The position numbers were made by a program, and so were the translations under genes. DNA of 20,000 nucleotides from Priapulus caudatus (taxonomy: Eukaryota): the NCBI RefSeq assembly GCF_000485595.1, contig NW_014577084.1, positions 853,641-873,640 on the forward strand, written 5' to 3'. The first letter of the stretch is position 1. Every line of letters starts with the position of its first letter. The notes beneath the pieces are model-generated. The model saw only the letters and a list, made by a program, of their open reading frames with translations. It had not been told where the DNA came from and made no database searches. Of the stretch, positions 12,577 through 20,000 are shown piece by piece.

Positions 12577-12971
12577 GGGTGTTGCTATCCCCCGGGCGTG
12601 GAGGGAGGTCACGTGATAACGTTGACGATGACGTTCAAAATATTAAGACTAACGGTAACTCTAACTACAAGACCTCCAACACTAACCCTACACTAAATAT
12701 ATATATGTCGCAGCGCTATATATAGGCATTGTTATCCACACAAATTAATCTATGGTGTGGGGACAGATATCATGATGCAAAAACCCTAACCCTAACCCTA
12801 ACCCTAATCCTAACCCTAACCCTAACCCTAACCCTAATCCTAACCCTAATCCTAACCCTAATCCTAACCCTAACCCTAACCCTGACCCTAACCCTAATCC
12901 TAACACTATCCTAACACTAGTGCTGCCACGTTGCGGTCACCTCCCTCCACGCCCGGGGGATAGCATTACCC
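12577..12971. mobile_element. Non-autonomous TIR element (MITE-like), 395 bp, carrying telomere-like repeats, no TSD
   Basis: Left end GGGTGTTGCTATCCCCCGGGCGTGGAGGGAGGTCAC; reverse complement of right end GGGTAATGCTATCCCCCGGGCGTGGAGGGAGGTGAC (33/36 match). Absent from copy A, where the empty site reads GAGCAAGC^TTAAGAAAG (4504/4505). Confidence 0.93.
12782..12919 (-). repeat. Interstitial telomere-like array, about 23 hexamers of (AACCCT)n = (TTAGGG)n on the minus strand, with AATCCT/GACCCT/AACACT variants
   Basis: Read directly from the sequence. It explains the TLTLTL ORF at 12729-12914. A more degenerate hexamer run lies at ~12648-12695. Confidence 0.97.
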
Positions 12972-13637
12972 TTAAGAAAGCGCTGCGCCTATAGAAAACT
13001 CAACGAATGTTTTTCGTGTAGCGCATTCTTAGAATTACGTAAACTTCAAGACTGCATGCAACATACACAGTTGAAATGATCTTTTTATACCGCGTGAGTG
13101 ATCGAGGCATAGGCATAACCAATACTATTATATATACTAGAGTATATTACTTTATAACGGACAGGCGCACCGCGTCTGTTGTTTCGATTGCCAATGGAAT
13201 GAAATGTATCATCAGGTCACGACGTACATGGCGTTTATTATGAGCAGCGATCAGTAGGTACTTAAGCACGTATATTATGTAGTGTTTGGCTCTATTAGTT
13301 ATACTAGCTCAAATATTCGCGTGTCACTCATTGCAGGAACGACTGACCTATTCTAACGTGCAAGCGTAATAATTTCTCACTAGTAGGTTAGAACGTGTAT
13401 ACGTGGACGCGCGGGCGGTATGGTCTCATAGGTTCGGGGAATGTGGTGATTGTTAATGCCCCCACCGGAACCCTGGCTTAGAAGTGACATTCACGTGCAC
13501 GCCTAGCTACTGTTCGTGATACGTTGCATTCCAAGCCAAACATAGTTGACAGAAGGTCTTTCACCACGTTGTATCTCTGTCTGGATCTGCCCGTTTTTCT
13601 TCCTTTCCTCCTCGGCCGAGCCAGGCAATTTCTCAAA

Positions 13638-13716
13638 TATATATATATGCGTGCGCTCGTGCGTGCGTGCGTGTATGCGTGCGCTCGTGCGTGCGTGCGT
13701 GCGTGCGTGCGTGCAC
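13638..13716. repeat. Compound microsatellite (TA)n-(GCGT)n, non-inverted version
   Basis: Read directly from the sequence. Same locus as 5171-5297, in copy B. Confidence 0.93.
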
Positions 13717-15587
13717 ATACATGCACGTAAGTATGGCTCCAGCTTGCGTGCAGCTAGACTGACTCCGTGAATCGTTCCGAGGCAACCTAGCGGACAGCGA
13801 TAAGTTCGGGCGAAAGGGTACGCCATTCTTCGCGCGTGAGCTTCTATTGTTATTCCAACTGGGTCAGACAGACTGCGGTCGCGGAGATCCGACTGATCTA
13901 GAATGGGCAAGACACTAGTGGCATTCATCGTGCCATTGCCCAACCAGCTACGATAATGATGTAGCTAGCAACTAGCATTTGCCGGGAGGCGTTTTGCGGC
14001 TGGTTATATTATTAGGCTGGCTATTAGATGTACTTGGCTAACAAATTCTAGCGCCATATGACACACTGCCTAACACTGTTTACTGCTATTATCTCACTAC
14101 GTGAGCGTATTCTGCAGAAGCAAAAGGACTGTGCATAATGTGAAGCATTCTACTGTAAATTATTTTTTCTCTATGGCATAAAAAGTACCAGAGAGGAAAG
14201 TAAATTAAAGGGCCTTTAGTAGCCAATGAACTTCATTTTTGTTGGTCAAGGACATTTTGTTTTGATTCGGGCAGCAGATAAGTCGTGTTACCTTGGGTGT
14301 AGCGCACAAATATTCTTAGCCACAAGTAACTATACACACGTGCGATTTTTCCACGAGTGAGGGTTTTTCGTGTATATATATAATACCGACCGTCGTATAC
14401 GTACCGACACATCCACCCACAGAGACCCCCGTGGATGAAAGAGTAAACACATGAAACAGCTAGGTTGCTAGCGTCTGCGGCAACTGTACTAGAGCTACTA
14501 GGTTGCGAATTTTTCTTGCTTTACTTGATTTCATCGTGCTGCAATTTTCTAAAGACCGTTTTAGTGTATGTGTGATATGAAAAAGCCATGTTAATGCTAT
14601 TAGGAATGTTTCATGTAGAGTTACAAAAATTGTTACATTGTTTTACACCGCGCGGCGTAACTGGATTGTCGCATGTTGGTCAGTGGGTCGTATCATAGAA
14701 TACTTGTGTAACACATGTCGTTTCAGCCAGATCGTTCAAAATTATTCAAAACTAGTAGCAGGTTTATTAGCATGTGGGCATGACTCGTTATATTTTATGG
14801 CCGTAAGCTACAGTAGTAAAGTCAGACTATAATTGTAACTCCTTGTAGTATATATGTTACATGTGGTATGTTGTGTATTGTAATTACGGCCTATAGTTAC
14901 GTGCACCATAGAGATTCATTCAGGGATTATAGACCGACAGAAAAAACATGGCGGCATGGAATTTAGCACAAAAATTAGGCAAAGAAATAAGTTCACTCAG
15001 AAACAGACATGAAAAAAAACAATTTTTAAGATGTCTTACTGAAAGTACTGTATCGTGAGTGTATCTTTTCTTTGGACAAAAACACAATACAAGACATCAG
15101 TGTAGTATTTAGAAGTAGTTTACTATCAAAACCTCTTCTATTTCCTTCTCAAAGGTGCTATATTTTATATGGAGGTCTTGCATGAAATATCTCTTAACCA
15201 ACCATAGACCAGTCGCAGTAATCTCCTTACCTAAATGTTCCATAGGATTACAGTAGTTGTATTCGGGAGCGTATAATTTACCTATTTTGCCTGGGGGGGG
15301 GGGTGCAAAGCCACGTGCGTGTTGTGTTCTGGGAGGGTGACCGCCATTGACCATGTAATGTATATATATCAACATATTTCTCTGTATTGCCCGCCCCCTC
15401 GCTAGCTACGGCACAAAATGCGCAAACCAAGGTTCACTGTGTTGCAAAACCAAATCTGTATCGCTAATAGCGTTACCAATGGAATTTGCTGATATCAGCG
15501 TTTCGTTTATTACGTCTATATTATCGCTGGGGTAGGTCGTAATAATACTACGACGGTCTTTGGTTAGAAATTTAGGCAGATAAGATC

Positions 15588-15640
15588 AGATCTATGTCCC
15601 CCTGACCTCTGTTTGACCTGGCTCGTTTAGCTATTTCTGA

Positions 15641-15691
<51 letters not shown>

Positions 15692-15776
15692 ATATATATA
15701 GGGGTTAGGGTCTAGGTTACGTCAGAAATAGCTAATCGAGGCCAGTGAAACAGCAGGTCAAGGGAGCCATAAACCT
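15588..15776. mobile_element. Fold-back (MITE-like) element with imperfect ~45-55 bp inverted arms around (TA)n plus GGGGTTAGGGTCTAGGTTAC
   Basis: Left arm CCCCCTGACCTCTGTTTGACCTGGCTCGTTTAGCTATTTCTGAC (15598-15641); reverse complement of right arm (15721-15764) CCCTTGACCTGCTGTTTCACTGGCCTCGATTAGCTATTTCTGAC. The outer boundaries are approximate. Confidence 0.7.
15642..15700. repeat. (TA)n microsatellite
   Basis: Read directly from the sequence. Confidence 0.97.
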
Positions 15777-16071
15777 ACGAGCGAATTTAAATAGAGTGTT
15801 AATCTATATGGGTAATGGCCGCCTCATAGAGATATATTTGCATGCAATCAGACAACCTGTTAACGGGCACGGGTACCAGGGGGTTTCCTTCCATCCCGCA
15901 TCCCTCCCCCTCTCCTCTTGCCTCCCTCCCGCTCCTCTCCACATCCTCCCTCCTGCCTCCCCCTCCCTCCCCTGTCCTACTCTATCTCCCTCCCACTGAA
16001 ACACCTCCAAGATGCCGGTATATTTTCATTTTCTTTTCTTGAATTCACTTAGTTTGCTCTTAAGTTTTGCG

Positions 16072-16106
16072 NNNNNNNNNNNNNNNNNNNNNNNNNNNNN
16101 NNNNNN
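16072..16106. other. Assembly gap (35 N)
   Basis: Run of N immediately before a (CT)n tract. Confidence 0.99.
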
Positions 16107-16178
<72 letters not shown>

Positions 16179-16205
16179 CTCTTTCTCTCTCTCTCTCTCT
16201 TTTTC
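16107..16205. repeat. (CT)n microsatellite
   Basis: Read directly from the sequence. It produces the SLSL and ERER pseudo-ORFs. Confidence 0.97.
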
Positions 16206-18199
16206 TCAATCTTCCCGCCCACTGGCCTCCCTATACTCCCACTCCTTCCCCTCCCGCTCCTCGCCCCTTTTTCTCTTGTCTCCCGCCCCATCCTCTCCCG
16301 TCTCCCGTCCCCCCTTCTCCCGTACCCCCGTACCCCCGCCTTTTGTACCCCCTCGTTAACTTGCAGTATATCAGGGTTTACGGGTTGCACGGTTTGCGAC
16401 CTTGAAGTCTCACTGAAGTCCTCTATAGGAGCGTGGTGAGGTTAGCGCCCAGTGGGAAGGATTACTTGGAGTCTTTTTTAAACTCACTCAAAATATCTTT
16501 GGTAGCAGTTAATTGCCTTACTGTGCAAGTCCATGTAAAAGCCACGGGTTTGGAAGGTCGCTAGCTTAGTAAGCCACCGGTTGGACATCTTGTCGGAAAC
16601 AGACGTTTTTTGCGTTAGCGAGGTTTTTGTGATTTTTTCTTGTCTCAGTACAGTTTTTTATGACCCCTACTTTGAACAGCGATATATCTACTTTAATAAG
16701 TAGATGCTAATTTGAAACGTCTGGGAAATTGTACAACGTGTCAACATACACATGTAGGGCCTAATGCCTCCGGCAAATACCGCTCTTCTATCCTGCTACG
16801 AGAATGATACAAATTTACTGCTCTGGGAACATGCCACTTTCTCCATGTGAGAATGAATAACCACAAAAATATTCACTTCGCATGCTTCACATCTTCAGGA
16901 TGGCATCCCGCACATGTTCTGTAAGCATCCTGTCCGTTGGACAGCGTCATTTGTATGGAAAGGGACGTGAGTGCCGGATGCGGCCGGATATATTCTAACC
17001 TAAAATGGTGCATTTATTTAGGCTTCGGATAAGTTCAGAGAGGTTCGCCGGGCGCCGATGTTATCGTTATACGTGCCCCCGTGCAGCGAGTTTCGTGGGC
17101 GATACATGCATCAGCTGGGCGAGAAGAAAAGAAATCACGTATATCCATGCAGTACCCTCGCGCTTACATCTTATACATTATTATATACGCCATCGTAAAA
17201 AAATAATATGTAGATGTGATTTCTGACTTAATTCTGTGGAAACCTTCGATACGATAATCGTTAAATTGGCTGCCGCGGGAGTAGCTCGTATAGCAATACA
17301 TGATTCTTATTTCTATGGACTGGAAAAGTGTGGAATACATATATTCAAGTGGCAACAGACAATGCTGTAATTTACCATCGATATAAAGATTATAGTAGGC
17401 CAATGAGGAGAGACCGTGTGGATGGATGGGCATCAGGGCGACTGGTCATTATAACACAGTGCTCTACAGAACGTAAAGGCGCGAGAGAGGAAGGCGTAGT
17501 GAGCTCACTAGGCGCATCCAACCGTTATTGTCGAGAGCACACAAACTATTCATGTTCACAAAATAATTTGTGATCTTGTTATTATATACATCGGCATTAT
17601 GACATAGCTACTGCTCATGTATTCATGTATAGCTGCTGTTATTACTTTGCGGTCAGTAGGGTACACACTTTATAGCGGCACGATTCCCTAAGCATTGGGC
17701 CCATACCGAGCTGTTAGGATTCCTCAAAGCTAGAAAATCCACCCGCTGCACTCCACATTGCTTGTTTTGGATCCCAGTAACCCCCGGCAGTAAGCAACAA
17801 ATAGCAATCTGGCTGGTATGTCGCGGATAGGAGCGATGGAAGCCAGGGTGGTGCTAATGAATCGTCGCCTTGATGGAATTGAGCTGACTAGCTGTTATTC
17901 ATACATAATAATCTAGTACTCACTATATTCATGTTTGATTTCCTTAGCCCCATTTAGCATAATATGCCGTATGCATATGTACAAGGAGGTAACAACTGCC
18001 CGATTCGTCTTGTCACTATCACAATCCTCTATCGTGAACTGCGTCGGTATATAGACTGGTACAATATCAGTAACGAACGCAATATTAGTACCACGCTTGG
18101 CATCATTACAATCTAGAAAATGGGGTATAGCTGGAATATGGCTTGATTTGAGTTCATAGAACCTATCTCAAGTCATTCTGTAGTTGCACGTGTTTATCG

Positions 18200-18540
18200 T
18201 CATTTTGGCGTGTTTCTCACACGTGTGGTTCCGTGTTTACACAATGTTGAGATGAATTTACAAAACACGCGCAGTGCGTGAAGCAAATTCCTCTGCATGG
18301 CATAGTGGCATAGATTTGTCGATATCTGCGTTGCATCAGTCCACAAATAAATGGCAATAGTAACAAAAGTGTTTGCGAAACGTACGCCGTAACCACGGTT
18401 ACTTGGTGTACAAAGTACTTGTCCTAACCATAAAATCCTAAACGCTAAACTTTCGTCTGTAATGACACTTTTTGTGTTAACAGGAAAGCAACCAAGTGTT
18501 GTTTTCTTTGCAGCAAATAGTTTGACAAATTCTGTCAGCG
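18200..18540 (-). CDS. Weak candidate exon (LTEFVKLFAAKKTTLGCFPVNTKSVITDESLAFRILWLGQ...)
   Basis: Strong minus-strand acceptor tttttgttttatttttgtag ending at 18541, followed by a 112-codon open frame to a stop. No homology recognised. Confidence 0.25.
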
Positions 18541-19627
18541 CTACAAAAATAAAACAAAAATACGTATATACATGGAGGACAAGAAATTTTGTTTCTTTTA
18601 CGGTTCTACCCCAGCGTGACAAATTGTACACAGATCCGTTGAGAGGTGGGCGCTAGAGGTGGAGGAGGTGGTATAAGGTTGGAAAAGAAAGTCGGAGGGG
18701 AGGGAGGGAGAAGCTTGCTTCAGCGTTGCTTCCGTTGTGTGTGTTAAACTGTGCCTGGTTCTATTCAGTTAACATTTATAAATGACTGCCGCATGTTAAA
18801 TTGACTAGATCGTATGCTGACCAATAATAGAGCAATTAAAAGTGCAATCAACGCACTTTCCTGAATAGTCACCAGATTGATAATTAAAAAGTCAGTTGAA
18901 AAATCAGGCTATTATAATTTAGTTAAAAAAGGTAAAATTAGTAATAATAAAATAAATTAGTAAAAAAGTATGCACGTGCGTCAAGCGTTCATAAATATCA
19001 GGTATAAACGTCTCGTACTATAAGAATAACACTAACATTTGCAATGATTTGATATTTATGATGTGTGTGACAGAAAATAATTTCCGTCAAGGGCATGTGA
19101 TTTTATGTGATGTTATAAACACATACTCCAAGTCACTATCTATGAATCTATGCAGCAGCTATATTGATTTTTATTGTCAAATATAAGTATGGTATCAGTA
19201 TTGATTTCATGTGGTTCTGCTGAACTATAACTCAATCAGTTTCCCTGATTATAGTCATCGGAAACTTTCGTCGAATCTTTAACTAATAATATTCAATTTA
19301 CTTCCATTACGTAAAATTTCCCATCTGTACCCGTAGGATAGAATATTATATAATTGAGATACACAGGCCTAAAGCACACCTTGGTGTGCAGGTACACGTG
19401 TGTCAGTGTGACTCATATGCAGAGAATTAACTCAAGGAATTTCTCAGCTAAATGAGATGTTTTAAACTGACAGGTCAAGGATGCTCATTGCGTTAGCAAC
19501 ACATGTTTAGGTATATGTACATGTAGCACTATGCACACAAGTCATGGTTCTACGTTGAGCCTGTAGTTTATACGTGTCTGTTTTCGAGAACTGCATGGTG
19601 GTTGCGTTTCGGAATTATCGTTACACT

Positions 19628-19831
19628 AGCCGCGTTCACACGTAGCAAGAAATCCGGTATTTAGCGTTCACACGAGGCAAAATGCGCGGTCCAAGAAATA
19701 CGGTATCTAAACAGATCCGGTATTTCATGTAAATACGCGGCTTCCCAGACCCCGAATAATTTGCCGTGCTTGAGAAATACCGGATCTCTTTGACCGCGCA
19801 TTTCCTCGTGTGAACGCTAAATACCGTATTT
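19628..19831. mobile_element. Fold-back MITE-like element with long nested inverted repeats, possibly PIF/Harbinger-related
   Basis: AAATCCGGTATTTAGCGTTCACACGAGGCAAAATGCGCGGTCCAAGA (19650-19696) pairs with ~19787-19831 (reverse complement AAATACGGTATTTAGCGTTCACACGAGGAAATGCGCGGTCAAAGA). Inner pair AGATCCGGTATTTC (19713-19726) / GAAATACCGGATCT (19774-19787). GCGTTCACACG is repeated at the left end. The superfamily assignment is only an impression from the terminal motif. Confidence 0.75.
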
Positions 19832-19833
19832 TA

Positions 19834-19905
19834 TAGACGGGTCCGCGCTCGACAGTTCCAGTGTAGGCCTAATGCGAGTGGAACTGTCGAGCGCGGATCA
19901 GTCGA
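19834..19905. repeat. Short GC-rich palindromic element (19-bp perfect stem, 18-nt loop)
   Basis: TCCGCGCTCGACAGTTCCA (19842-19860) / TGGAACTGTCGAGCGCGGA (19879-19897), with an imperfect extension outward. Confidence 0.85.
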
Positions 19906-20000
19906 CGTATTTTATCGACAGTTGGTGCGCATTGCATTATTTATTTCGCATTGTTCGCTTGATTGTTTAAAGCAGCTCGCAGCTCGCAAATACCGTATAC

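Larger units (their letters stand above)
8088..15646 (+). repeat. Copy B of the duplication, carrying an extra 395-bp insertion
   Basis: Colinear with 1-7221 apart from scattered SNPs, small indels and the 12577-12971 insertion. Confidence 0.97.
15885..16355. repeat. C/T-rich low-complexity region (polypyrimidine plus strand, G-tracts on minus strand)
   Basis: Many CCC/CCCC runs at 15885-15995 and 16213-16352. Confidence 0.85.

Noticed and set aside
12732..12740. TTATCCACA, matching the bacterial DnaA box
   Set aside because: A single 9-mer in eukaryotic repeat DNA; best treated as chance.
12729..12914. ORF with TLTLTL repeats
   Set aside because: Translation of the (AACCCT)n array; not a credible gene.
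12782..12919. True chromosome end or telomere fusion site
   Set aside because: The array is short, single-orientation, enclosed by TIRs and absent from the other copy.
12572..12975. piggyBac or PIF/Harbinger assignment for the 395-bp element
   Set aside because: TTAA/TTA is present only on the right flank and exists once in the empty site, so it is not duplicated. The ends are GGG...CCC rather than the piggyBac CCC...GGG.
15745..16405. Pro/Ser/Leu-rich and Glu/Arg-rich ORFs
   Set aside because: Low-complexity C/T tract and (CT)n; some of these ORFs cross an N-gap.

Overview
Eukaryotic, most likely invertebrate animal, draft-assembly DNA: AT-rich, with microsatellites, two N-gaps and TTAGGG-type repeats. 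No recognisable complete gene, RNA gene or prokaryotic system is present, and nearly all ORF-track entries look like chance ORFs or repeat translations. The dominant structure is a ~7.2 kb near-identical direct duplication (1-7221 vs 8088-15646) joined across a 10-N gap, so it is either two haplotypes assembled in tandem or a recent tandem duplication. Comparing the copies exposes a clean presence/absence insertion: a 395-bp non-coding element (12577-12971) with 36-bp terminal inverted repeats, an internal telomere-like (AACCCT)n array and no target-site duplication. A second fold-back element with unrelated arms and a GGGGTTAGGG remnant lies at 15588-15776. Several other palindromic or MITE-like elements, a haplotype-specific microsatellite inversion and a few candidate spliced exons (best: 1692-1796 / 9779-9883) are also present.
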